Below the pieces are notes generated by a model. That model saw only the letters and a program-made list of their open reading frames with translations. It did no database searches and was not told where the DNA came from. From Stegostoma tigrinum (taxonomy: Eukaryota): a stretch of 64,000 nucleotides of DNA. Of the stretch, positions 36,470 to 48,331 are shown one piece after another. Location: the NCBI RefSeq assembly GCF_030684315.1, contig NC_081385.1, positions 19,373,247 through 19,437,246 of the forward strand, given 5' to 3'. A program made the translations under genes and the position numbers. The stretch's first letter is position 1; each line of letters opens with the position of its first letter.

Positions 36470-37915
36470 AATAGAAACTGAAAGAACTGTGGATGCTATA
36501 AATCAGAAACAATAACAAAATGGCTGGAAAGGTACCCGCAGGTCTGGCAGTATCTGTTAAGGAGGAAACAGATTTATTTTTCTTGTCTCTTGTCTGGAAT
36601 TGAAAAACTTCATCAATCTCGCCTCCAGTTTCCACCCTGCTCTCACTTTCACCTGGTCTATCTCTGACACCTTTCTTCCTTTCCTCGACATTTCTGTTTT
36701 CATTTCTGGGGATAGACCACTAATATCCATTGTAAACCCACCGACTCCCACAGCTACCTGGGCTATACATCCTTACACCCCACTTCCTGTAAAGACTCCA
36801 TCCTATTGTTTCAGTTCTTCCGTCTCCGTTGCATATGTTCAGATGAGGCCAACTTCAAGAAGGGGGCCTCCAAAATGCCCACCTTCTTTCTCAACTGAGG
36901 ATGCCCCCGCTCTGCTGTCGACAGGGCCCTCAATCAGGTCCACCCATCTCCCTCACTTCCACCCTCACCCCTTCTCTTCCCTCCTGCCACAGCAATAGGG
37001 TTCCCCATGTCCTTACCTACCATCCCACCAGTGTCCACATCCAGAAGATTATCAGACGCCATTTCTGCCACCTCCAGCAAGATGCCACTACCAGACACAT
37101 ATTCCCTTCCCTTCCCTTGTCTGCCTTCTGCAGGGACTGTTCCCCCCAGGGGATCCTGGTCCACACCTTCTTCACCCTCAACAGCCCCCAACAGGTGAAG
37201 GTGCTACACCTGCCCATTTACCTCCTCTCTCCCCAGTATCCAAGGGCCCAAACATACATTTCAGGTGAAGCAACACTTCACCTTTGCTTCACACAATCTA
37301 GTCTACTGCATTCACTGCTCATAGAGTGGTCTCCACTACACTGGGGAAACAAAGCATAGACTTGGTGACTGCTTCACAGATCATCTATGTTCTGCTTGCA
37401 AAGAAGACCCTGAACTACCTGTTGCCCACTACTTTAATGCACCACCCTGCTTCCCGGCCAACAGCTCTGTCTCAGGCTGGATGCCGTGTTCCAGTGAAGC
37501 CCAATGCAAGCTGAAGGAACAAGACCTCATTTTCCACTTGGGGACCCTCCAGCTTTCTGGACTCAATATCGAGTTCAATAATTTTAGGGCCTAAACTCTC
37601 CCATGCCCCAGCCGCCCACTCCACACACCAGGTCTTGTTACCACACAGCCTGCCATTATACACCCCCGGGGTTAGTCACTAGCCTGATCATTATCTACTC
37701 TTTTGTTTGTCCAACTGTTCCTATCTCTCTGTTTGGGCTCTATCCTATCATTTACTCCCTACCTCACCCACTTCCCTATGTTTTGCAAATCAACTGACAC
37801 TTTTCCAGCCACCATCAGTTCTGAGGAAGGGTTACTGGACCCGAAACATTAACTCTGTTTTTTCCTTCACAGATGCTGCCAGACCTGTTGCGTTTTACTA
37901 GCAACTTTGTTTTTG
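36470..37915 (+). mobile_element. Penelope-like retroelement (subfamily B): RT C-terminus + GIY-YIG + pLTR, with inverted pLTR copy at the 5' end
   Basis: KNFINLASSFHPALTFTWSISDTFLPFLDI (RT), KPTDSHSYL, NLVYCIHCS..GLHYTGETK..LPVAHYF..EQDLIFHLGTLQLSGLNIEFNNFRA*; hammerhead motif 37821-37853; 36470-36575 is the terminus in reverse. Confidence 0.9.
37817..37854 (+). ncRNA. minimal hammerhead motif, subfamily B variant
   Basis: AGTT-CTGAGGA-A-GGGT..ACCC-GAAA-CATT-AACT; AGTT/AACT can form stem I; the copy near 18800 has GAAACGTT. Confidence 0.5.
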
Positions 37916-38089
37916 AACAAAGAAAGATATCTTGTGGCACTTAGGAGGACATGATTTAATGGAAGAAGTTTGGCAATGGAAGGGATATGAGGAGTCATGA
38001 AAGTGATCTGGGTGTGGTGGTTGGTTCTGGAGGGTCATTAACAAGTGTGGGGTGTGGGGAATGAGGGAGTGTGGGGAGTGAAGGATATT

Positions 38090-41000
38090 GCCCCTGCATC
38101 TCTTGCCTAAAACCTTAATTGTATGTTCTTAGAGCATGTACCATCAGTCAGTAAGAACACCATTTTATTGTCTACCTTATCCAATCTTGTTATAATCATA
38201 CATACTTTCATCAAAGGACCCTTTGATCTGCTTTGCTGCAAGCAGGACAATTCCAACTTCTTCAATATAACCCTGCACCCAAAATCTCTTGTCCCTGGAA
38301 TGATTCAATATTTTTTGCATCTTCTTAAGGCCTTATCTGCATCTTTACTACAATACTTAAAAGTTTCAGATTCACGGGAAGCTTATAGAAATTGTGCTAT
38401 TGTCCTTGAAACAACAAAATTAAGAGGCATCCTTATTGAGGTGTTCAAAAGTATGAACAATTTTGACAGGCTAAAGAAGGATATTCTGCTTCCTTTGGTT
38501 TGTATGTCAGTAACTAGGGCCACAATTTCAAGATTGTCAGCAAGACCGCTAGGAATGAAATGAGGAGAAAGCTCTTTGCTCAGAGGCTTGTTAGGATTTG
38601 GAACGCACTTCGGGAAAATGGTGAGACAGGTTCAGTACAAGGTTTCAAAACAGAGCTGGATACATAATTTAAAGTGAAGGATTTAAGGGGTGACAGAGAC
38701 AACACTGGAGAATGGGATTAGTTAGGTAGCTCTTTCAGGAGTCTAGTACAGGCAGAATGGTTTGAATGGCCTCCTTTTGTACTATAAAAGGCTGTGATTC
38801 TATGAATCTTCACATTGATCTTAAATGTGGCATCAAAATGCAATACAATTCTTCTTCTAGAGCTTCATAAGAGGTTCAGCTTAACTTTCCTGTCTTTGTA
38901 ATAATACCTCTATTTATGAAGCCGAAGATCCCATATGTAACTCCCCCAGTTGACAGTGTGATGGATCATTTAATATATTAAAAGGCTGAGAGAAAGGTTT
39001 GAGAAACTTGGATTGTTCTCCCTGGAGCGATGGAGGTTGAGAGGTGACCTGATAGAAGTCTACAAGATTATGAAGGGCATGGACAGAGAGGACAGTCAGA
39101 TGCTTTTTCCCAGGGTGGAAGAGTCAGTCATCGGTGCCTGGGTTTAAGGTGCGAGGCGCAAGGTTTAAAGGTGATGGATGAGGCAAGTTTTTTTACACAG
39201 AGTGTGGTGGATGCCTGCAACTCACGGCTGGGGGAGGTAGACGAAGCAGATACGATAGTGACTTTTAAACTTTTTCTTGCCAAATACATGAATAAGATGG
39301 GAATAGAGGGATACGGCCCCTGGGAAGATTGGGGCCTTTAGTTGCAATGGGCAGCATGTCAATGCAGCCTTGGAGGGCCAAAGGTCCTATCCCTGTGATG
39401 TAATTTTCTTTATTCTTTGAGTCACACAGATTTTTGTCTGACAGGGGGAGTCGAGGGTAATTGAGGATGAACAGGAAAGTGGAGGTGAGGACATTACCAT
39501 ACCAGTTCTGGTAGAATCAGCTCAAAAAGTTGAATGACCTTGCCCTGTTTCTTTTTATTATTTATTTATGCCCTCATTTCTGCTGCCTACTTTTTCAATA
39601 TAGCCTGGTCCATTCAAAGATTTATGCACATGTGCCTTCAGGTCCTTGTGTCCCTGTACACTGTTCCACACGTTCAATGATGTTCATTGCCCCCACCTAT
39701 CCTTTCCATTGAAAGGCATAATTTCACACTTTACTAGATTAAATTCCATCTGTGCTTTGTTTGCTGAAACTGCTAGAAGATTTATGTCCAGTTGCAGTCA
39801 ATTAATATCATCCTTACAGTTTGCTACTCTCTAAGTTTGACACTACTGGCAAAGTTTGAAGTTTTACTCCGTATTCCAATATCTGAGCACATTACTTGTA
39901 TCAAAAAGGTTCTGGTCCAAGCACCAACCCTTGGGGAATATCACAGTCTACTATCCTTCAGTTTTCAAGGTAACCGATCACCATTTTCTGCAACCTTCTG
40001 TTCTATTTATCATTTTCTATCCAGACTGATACTGACCACCTTGTTCCACGAGCCATCATTTTCTTAACAATTTTCATTTACACATACAGTCAGACACTGG
40101 AAGATAAAATAGGTCAGAAACAAACATTTTCCTTTCTTCTGCTTTCTTCCTCTCCCCACCCTGCCCCCCCACGCCCCGCAAAAAACCATCCCCTTTTTTT
40201 TAAACCAGAATGTCATAGTTACCACACTCCAATCTGCTGACACTTTTCCAGAGTCTACAAAATTTTGGGAGATGACAACAAACACATTCATTGTTTCCAT
40301 CATCTTTAGTAGGCTGGAAAGTACGTAATCAAGCCCTCGATATCTCGATATTTACTACCTTTCAGTTTCATTAATTTCTTCCTTTTTTTTCCAATGCCAA
40401 TTTCCTTCAATTGTTCCTTCCTCGAGGGCCTTTGCTTCTGTAGCACTTTTATGCCATCTTTCATGAAGGCAGAACATGAGCAATTGTTTAATTGTTCTGC
40501 CAATTCCCTGTTTGCCATTAGCTTTTCGTATTTTGGATTACATTTGTCTTCCCTAAACTTTTTTTTTTACTTCTGACATATTCAAAGAAACTCTTATATC
40601 TAGTTTTATGTTCCTTGCAAATTTATTTTCATACTTTATTATTCTCTTCTAAATTAATCTCTTGCGCCTTCTTTGCTGAATTCTAGAATACCCCCAGTCC
40701 TCAGATTTGCTATTTTTCTCACTTTATTTGACTGCTCTTTGATTCCGGCAAAATCCTTTTTTGTTAACTGTTGTGTTATTTTGTGGAATGTAAAACTGTC
40801 GCATTGCATGCATTGATTCCTTAAATATTTACCATTATCAATCCACTGCCATGCCATTTAATGAAATTACCCAGTCTATCACAGTCAACTCACCTCTCAT
40901 ACCTTTGTAGCTTCCTTTAGGACTATAGTTTTAGATTAGATGACTCCACGCTTTATCACAATGAAGAATTCTGTCATGATATGGACACTATTTTTCCGAA

Positions 41001-41470
41001 AAGACCTCAAACAGATTATTAATTAATCCCTTCTCATTGCACAAAACCAAGTCTTGCATACCTGTTCTCCAGGTGGTTCCTCAATGTATTGATCTAAACA
41101 AAATTGTATACACACTTTAGGAATTTATCTGTTGCAGTATTATTGTTAATCTGGTTTGCGCAGACTCAGTGTAGATTACCAAAGTGTGAAGCTGGATGAA
41201 CACAACAGGCCAAGCACGAAACGTCAGCTTTTGTGCTCCTGAGATGCTGCTTGGCCTGCTGTGTTCATCCAGCTTCACACTTTGTTATCTTGGATTCTCC
41301 AGCATCTGCAGTTCCCATTATCTCAATGTAGATTAACATCACTCATGATCACTTCAGCACTACGATTACTTGTTGCACACATCTCTAATATCCTGTTTAA
41401 TGTCACCCCCTAGCACATCACTACTTTTCTGGAGGCCTGGACAATTCCCTTTAATGTTTTCCAGTCCTTT
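38090..41470. mobile_element. cluster of nested degraded CR1 fragments in both orientations
   Basis: Plus-strand 3' ends at ~38395-38805 (LRGILIEVFK) and ~38990-39420 (LRGDLIEVYKIMKG); minus-strand pieces at ~38090-38335, ~38810-38940, ~39600-41470. Confidence 0.75.
41179..41321. mobile_element. Penelope-like fold-back mini-insertion, 14-bp TSD, inside CR1
   Basis: TSD CTCA(G/A)TGTAGATTA at 41165-41178 and 41322-41335; inverted arm CAAAGTGTGAAGCTGGATGAACAC.. / ..GTGTTCATCCAGCTTCACACTTTG. Confidence 0.9.
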
Positions 41471-43039
41471 TGCTTCTTTGCTTGGGAGAAATAGATGGGT
41501 GAAAGAGGTTGAGTCGACATGATACACGCAGCTGTAGTCCATAACCCTTGGTGAGACGAGTGTGCAATGGCAGATTTCGAGTGAGTGGCAATCATGGGAG
41601 TGTGATGTAGCAGATAGGAGACACGGTGTCACTAATCATTGCAAGGCATAGATGATAATTTTCCTCCTGCATTGTTGTCATATAACTTCACCTGGAACGT
41701 AGCATTTCCTGCAGCGCTATCTGGGAGTACTAATTGAGACTGGTGATGTAACCTCTTCTGAGAGTCAAAAGAAAAGGGGGCTGCCCTTCTCTTCCCCACC
41801 ACATCCTTGTCTCTGGACTGAGGAGCAAGCTTTGCTTTCTGAGCTGTGTCCTCAACGACAACGCCTGGTCTTCTGGAATAGAGGGAAAAGCAGCCGCGAT
41901 ATGAGGGACTGAGCATAAGTCATCATGGTAAAAGACAGTAGCCCATGCGCTCATGCAGTTTACACACTGGAACAGGCAAACAAACTCCATGAGAGGCTTT
42001 GACACAAGTTCTACTAGAAAAATCAGGTATAAATTTCAGCATAAATTTCCACATAAGTGCAGGAATGAAATACTAGGCCATCCTTACTGCTTAGATATTC
42101 AAAGTCGGTTGGATGCATGTTCATTTGTGTACAATTGCAATGCAGGTAATGATTAAGCATTGAAAGTGTGCAAATGGTTAATTCAGTGTACATATTTTAT
42201 TATAAATGAAAATGCATTGCACTTCTGTATTGTCAGTCCATGTTACTGCTGCCAGCCATTAAAATGACAAGACTGTGCTGTGACTCTACAATTTATGGTC
42301 TGTTCTCATGCTGCTTTACAATTATTCCTTAGCTGCCACAGAAATGATCCGTGCCGACCCTCCCTCTGAACAAACTGCTGCCTAGTTCATGTTCTCTGCT
42401 GCCACCTTTTGGTAGACTCAGCTCAAAACTACAAATAGATCTTTCATCATGCAGAACTTGTGCCAGCAAATCATTTCAAGCAGCTTTTCGGGAAACTGAA
42501 GGCAAACAAAAGGCATTGGAGCTATTTATGACCCTTTATTCTGTATTTAAAACAATTTTTACTGAATAATCAGAGAAAAGAAAAGCCACAACTATCCTTG
42601 AGACAGTTTCATTAGCGTGAAAGACAATAGCTCAGTGTGCCTAACAGAAAGACGACTGGTTCACTCTGTCTCATGTTCCAGGTTGGAACTCAATTTGGTT
42701 TTCTATCGCAGCAAAGGCCAACAAATATTTTCCTCTTGATTAATGGCACAATGCTTATATTTACTGCATTTTCTTTGTTTTAATTGGCTTTTGCAAATGT
42801 CTGAAACAATGAGAGTGCAGCTTATTTAATTATTCATTTCTTGTGATTTATGAATATGCTGCTAAACCCAAACTAATTTTAAAATAGAGCAAAAATACAC
42901 TTCTTGGTGGGATTAATGAACCCAATGGAATTGCGAGATATCAGATGTTTGAAACTCAGTGCTTTCTGAGATTGCAATATTGTTGGCAGCATTGAAGGGC
43001 AAACATGATGCACCTATATAATCCTTTACTAATCTTCAA

Positions 43040-44937
43040 AGAGTTCATTAATCACTTAAATGACACAAATGACTGAAACTAAGTGAGGGATCAAAATGTA
43101 ACTTTACTAAGTTTGCTGATGACACAAATTGAGCAGCATTATGACCAGTGATGAGGATGCACGGAGGCTTATAAGATGACTTAAGACGAATTGAGTGAGT
43201 ACATGCCAGATGCAATATGACTACTTGTAAAGTTATGCTCTTCAGTGTGGAAAACAGAAAGAAAGTGTACTTAATAAACGATGGTATTTTGGGGAGTGTG
43301 GATGTATAAATGGGTAAGGGTGTCATTTTGGGGAGTGTGGATGTATAAATGGGTAAGGGTGTCATTTTGAGGAGTGTGGATGTACAAATGGGTAAGGGTG
43401 TCATTTTGGAGAGTGTGGATGTATAAGTGGGTAAGGGTGTCTTTTTGGGGAGTGTGGATGTATAAATGGGTAAGGGTGCCATTTTGGGGAGTGTGGATGT
43501 ATAAATGGGTAAGGGTGTCATTTTGGGGAGTGTGGATGTATAACTGGGTAAGGGTGTCATTTTGGGGAGTGTGGATGTATAAATGGGTAAGGGTGTCACT
43601 TTGGGGAGTGTGGATGTACAAAGGGGTAAGGGTGTCATTTTGGGGAATGTGGATGTATAAATGGGTAAGGGTGTCATTTTGGGGAGTGTGGATGTATAAA
43701 TGGGTAAGGGTGTCATTTTGGGGAATGTGGATGTATAAATGGGTAAGGGTGTCATTTTGAGGAGTGTGGATGTATAAATGGGTAAGGGTGTCATTTTGAG
43801 GAGTGTGGATGTATAAATGGGTAAGGGTGTCATTTTGGGGAGTGTGGATGTATAAATGGGTAAGGGTGTCTTTTTGGGGAGTGTGGATGTATAAATGGGT
43901 AAGGGTGTCATTTTGGGGAGTGTGGATGTATAAATGGGTAAGGGTGTCATTTTGGGGAATGTGGATGTATAACTGGGTAAGGGTGTCATTTTGGGGAGTG
44001 TGGACGTATAAATGGGTAGGGGTGTCATTTTGGGAAGTGTGGATGTATAAATGGGTAAGGGTGTCATTTTGGGGAGTGTGGATCCATAAATGGGTAAGGG
44101 TGTCATTTTGGGGAGTGTGGATGTATAAATGGGCAGGGGTGTCATTTTGGGGAGTGTGGATGTATAAATGTGTAAGGGTGTCATTTTGGGGAGTGTGGAT
44201 GTACAAATGGGTAAGGGTGTCATTTTGGGGAGTGTGGATGTATAAGTGGGTAAGGGTGTCATTTTGGGGAGTGTGCATGTATAAATGGGTAAGGGTGTCA
44301 TTTTGGGGAGTGTGGATGTATAAATGGGTAAGGGTGTCATTTTGGGGAGTGTGGATGTATAAATGGGTAAGGGTGTCATTTTGGGGAGTGTGGATGTACA
44401 AATGGGTAAGGGTGTCATTTTGGGGAGTGTGGATGTATAAATGGGTAAGGGTGTCATTTTGGGGAGTGTGGATGTACAAATGGGTAAGGGTGTCATTTTG
44501 GGGAGTGTGGATGTATAAATGGGTAAGGGTGTCATTTTGAGGAGTGTGGATGTACAAATGGGTAAGGGTGTCATTTTGGAGAGTGTGGATGTATAAGTGG
44601 ATAAGGGTGTCTTTTTGGGGAGTGTGGATGTACAAATGGGTAAGGGTGTCTTTTTGGGGAGTGTGGATGTATAAGTGGATAAGGGTGTCTTTTTGGGGAG
44701 TGTGGATGTATAAATGGGTAAGGGTGCCATTTTGGGGAGTGTGGATGTATAAATGGGTAAGGGTGTCATTTTGGGGAGTGTGGATGTATAACTGGGTAAG
44801 GGTGTCATTTTGGGGAGTGTGGATGTATAAATGGGTAAGGGTGTCATTCTACAGCAATCAACAAATGGATTCAGGCAGCAAGTAATTTGGAAAGGAAAGT
44901 GTATGTTGACTTCGTTGCAAGAGAATTTGAGCTCAGA
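43040..44937 (+). mobile_element. CR1 RT fragment hosting the minisatellite
   Basis: AAGTTTGCTGATGACACAAA (KFADDT) at ~43108; downstream of the array the CR1 continues (QQVIWK..MLTSLQENL-like). Confidence 0.75.
43286..44845. repeat. 39-bp minisatellite, 40 copies (ATTTTGGGGAGTGTGGATGTATAAATGGGTAAGGGTGTC)
   Basis: 1560 bp = 40 x 39 with no indels (long open frames across the array); only substitution variants. Confidence 0.98.
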
Positions 44938-45030
44938 AGTAGGGTCTAGGCCCAAAACATCAGCCTTCCTTCTCCTCTGATGCAGTTTGGCCTGCTGTGT
45001 TCATCCAGCTCTACACATTGTTATCTCAGA
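44938..45030 (+). mobile_element. Penelope-like pLTR fragment starting at hammerhead stem II
   Basis: AGGGTCTAGGCCCAAAACATCAGC..GGCCTGCTGTGTTCATCCAGCTCTACACATTGTTATCTC. Confidence 0.75.
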
Positions 45031-45125
45031 TATGTTTTGATGTGTCTCTGGGACAGGTGGGACCTGAACCTGGGACTTCGGACTCAGAGGCAGGGGCACC
45101 ACCACTGAAACACAACAGGCTCCAC
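45031..45125 (-). mobile_element. tRNA-derived SINE head fragment
   Basis: Minus strand CAGTGGTGGTGCCCCTGCCTCTGAGTCCGAAGTCCCAGGTTCAGGTCCCAC (A/B-box-like). Confidence 0.55.
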
Positions 45126-45402
45126 AATAATTAGTGTCACATGTGGGTCTGAAAGAGTCAATATTGATTGATTGCAATAAATTGTTTGAACTAAGGCGAG
45201 ATCCTTGTATCAAGCTCATTAATAACGCATGTGATCACTTTGTGACATGAAAGTAATTACAGACACAAAATAAACTATACTGTTTTTGCTACAAGAGACT
45301 TCTAATTATGACAGGAGGTGGTTTTCCTCGACCATTATAGACAGAGCAGACCATGCAGCCCACGTATCTTGATAGTTGCAGAGGCAGTGCATGCAAAGAA
45401 TG

Positions 45403-45601
45403 AAATAAAACAAAGAACTGTGGATGCTGAAGATCTGAATCTAGAACAGAAATTGCTGGAGAAACTGAGCAGGGCTGGCACATTTGTGGAGAACAAGCAG
45501 AGTCAATGTTTTGAGTCCTGAACTGGGTTCCAGCCCTGAAAGGATCACTGGGTGTGAAACGTTCAATCTGTATTCTACCCACAGACGATGCCAAACCTGC
45601 C
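45403..45601. mobile_element. Penelope-like fold-back mini-insertion (subfamily B), old
   Basis: Antisense pLTR end (AAACAAAGAACTGTGGATGCTG..) followed by sense GAAACGTTCAATCTG..CCACAGACGATGCCAAACCTGC. Confidence 0.65.
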
Positions 45602-45744
45602 AATTTTGACCAGCAAAGAGTGGTTCATTAATGAGACGAACTGACATCCCACCATTGGGACCACATTTAACCCTTCCACCCTCCAACTTAACCAGGGGAT
45701 GGTTCACCCTTCCACTACAGAGTGGCACCAGCAGGCCATCACAT

Positions 45745-46093
45745 GGAGGTAGCGGCCTCATGGTATTATCGCTGAACTATTAATCCAGAGACTCCAGGTA
45801 ATGTTCTGGTGAACCCCTCAACAGCAGTTGGTAGAATTTGAATTTAATAAAAATATGGAATTAAGAGCCTAATGATGACCATGAATCCATTGTTGATTGT
45901 CAGGAAAAACCCATTTGGTTCATTAGTGTCTTTTAAGGAAGGAAACTGGCAATCCCACCTGGGCTGGCCTTCACTGTGACTTCAGACCCACAGCAATGTG
46001 ATTGACTCTTATCTGTCCTCTGGGAAAATTGTGATGGGCAATAAGTACTGGCCTACCCAGTGATGACCTCATCCCATGCATGAATTAAAAAAA
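45745..46093 (+). mobile_element. tRNA-headed SINE, full length, with LINE-derived tail
   Basis: Head GGAGGTAGCGGCCTCATGGTATTATC, body CAGACCCACAGCAATGTG, tail GATGGGCAATAAGTACTGGCC..ATCCCATGCATGAATTAAAAAAAA. Confidence 0.8.
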
Positions 46094-46147
46094 AGAAGCA
46101 GCCAGGGGTCCTGTTGTGAATGGTAAGAAACACTGTAAGATTCTTAG

Positions 46148-46358
46148 AGATAATGGGAACTGCAGATGCTGGAGATTCCAAGATAATAAAATGTGAGGCT
46201 GGATGAACACAGCAGGCCAAGCAGCATCTCAGGAGCACAAAAGCTGACGTTTCGGGCCTGGACCCTTCATCCAAGGGTCCAGGCCCGAAACGTCAGCTTT
46301 TGTGCTCCTGAGATGCTGCTTGGCCTGCTGTGTTCATCCAGCCTCACATTTTATTATC
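46148..46358. mobile_element. young Penelope-like fold-back mini-insertion, 15-bp TSD, 86-bp perfect arms
   Basis: TSD CTGTAAGATTCTTAG at 46133-46147 and 46359-46373; arms 46182-46267 / 46273-46358, 5-nt spacer. Confidence 0.95.
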
Positions 46359-48331
46359 CTGTAAGATTCTTAGCTGTGTTTGGGTGCAATGCTTAATGCC
46401 ATAATATTGTACAGGTAGCAGAAAAAAAGCTGCATTTTATTCAGCTTCCCATCACAAGTAATGAAAGGTTGAGTAGTGGCTCTCTCATGATATGAAGAGT
46501 TTGGGAATTACATTTATGAGTTTTTGTGAGTGTATATATTTTATATATATATTGCGAATGCTGTCATTAACATTTTTTGCCACAGCCCCAAGAGGCTGCA
46601 GTAACATTAATTAGGGTCAGGAGTGTTGCTTTTGTGCTGGTAGATTCTGCAATGCTATATTGATTACCTCATCCTGATGTATGGATCATGGCTGATGAGG
46701 CCCCAAATGAAGGAGTTGGTTGCAGGTTCAGGAGAACAGAAAACAAGAGTAGCAGTATCTGGGAAGAAACAGAATACAGTCAACAGCCCTCCTTCAAAGA
46801 AACCAGATTCCATTAATTTTGTTCACTCTATGGCAAATCTGATCATTTTATATTTGTCTATTTAATAATAGTGATGATGTTACACTTTAGAGTAACTAAT
46901 TAGGCTTGAAGCATTTTTCAATGCATTGACAATGTGAGATAGCACCAAATAAATAAGAGCTGTTACTTCTTAATTTCCTGAGGCTTAGAACAATTGGGGA
47001 ATGTAATCACAGTGCATGACTTTTAAATGCCATTTGTATGCTTTCAGTTCTTTTTAAGTATAATTTTCCTTTATGGTGAGAGGAAAGGAAATGAACGCAG
47101 TGAATTATGTGATTGTTCATGTGCTACACTCGAATTGCAATCACCCTAATTGGCCAGAGAGTTTTTAGATTATTAACACAAGCAAACAGTATATTCCACT
47201 TTGCCACTAAACTGCATTACCACAGTGACTACACTTTCAAAACACCTAAATGACTCAGTAGGGTGTCCTGTGGTCATGAAAAGTGTGATTTGGATGCAAA
47301 TATTTATTTTCCTTGAATGTTCTGAGAAGTAATTTTGAGCACCATTTGGTTTGTGGAGCTGTTTAACATCCAAACTCTAAGGCACCTCCTGTGTACATTT
47401 TTTGGTGTAGGTTTACCTCAACCTGATGTGGTGATTTTCCTGAGCTGATAGAGCTTTGCTGGCTGGAGTCCTCTGTGATTGACAGCTCAGTGTGCAGAGA
47501 TTTCAACTCACAAATTATATTGGCAATCTACAGGCCATTCAGGATTATGGTATCTGAAATTCATGGCCAACGGCCAAGATGCTGCCTGTATTTCAAAATA
47601 CTGGGCCAGCTTACCAAGTGTGCAATAGCAAGAGAGAGTTTTCAGACTTGTGTTTGTAAAACAAAAATCAAATTGCTCTCTTCTTTTAACTATCCAACCG
47701 CCCTGGGAAATCTAAGTCTCACTGCTAAAAGGTGTGCTATTTAGTGATCTAATTTATGTAAACAATGCAGTTTATTGTTTTCACTACTGTGTGTTGAGTT
47801 ATTAAATGTTGCTCAGTCAACTCTTAATAAAGAAATGAGAACTAAAAAGGTGAATGATGAATTCTGGATTGTGTGTTAATCACTAATCTAGAGGTCAGCA
47901 CTTTGGATGATGAGGGTCACTTGTTGAAGTAACTAGGGGCACCGAACCTGATTAAGAGAAAACCTGAAAAGCCAAAACACAAGATGTATAGAAGTGATAG
48001 CTGAAGTTACTTATTTATGAGAAACAAAGGGCTAAATGTCGCTGCATTTCTTGGCTAAGCCTGTTGAGGGAACCTCGCTGGAAGGCCCAGCAAGTATTCT
48101 CACCTCATCTTGTCAAACCTGTCAGAGTCATTGAGAAACCCAACTCTAGGGCTGCCTTCATATCAATTTATGCCCATCTAACTGTGCGCATTCCCCAAAG
48201 AATTCACCACTCAGCAGACATCAATCCAAAGACCGTTACCCCTTGGGTCAGTGCCATCTTTATAAAACCACTTACATGGACCATTGGCATTCAGCAGCTG
48301 CCCTGCTCTCTCAAACACGGTCTAAAGAAAG

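Noticed and set aside
43286-44845. CRISPR-like array or genuine mucin gene
   Set aside because: Units are contiguous with no unique spacers, the context is eukaryotic, and the unit derives from CR1 RT; the long ORFs follow trivially from a stop-free 39-nt unit.
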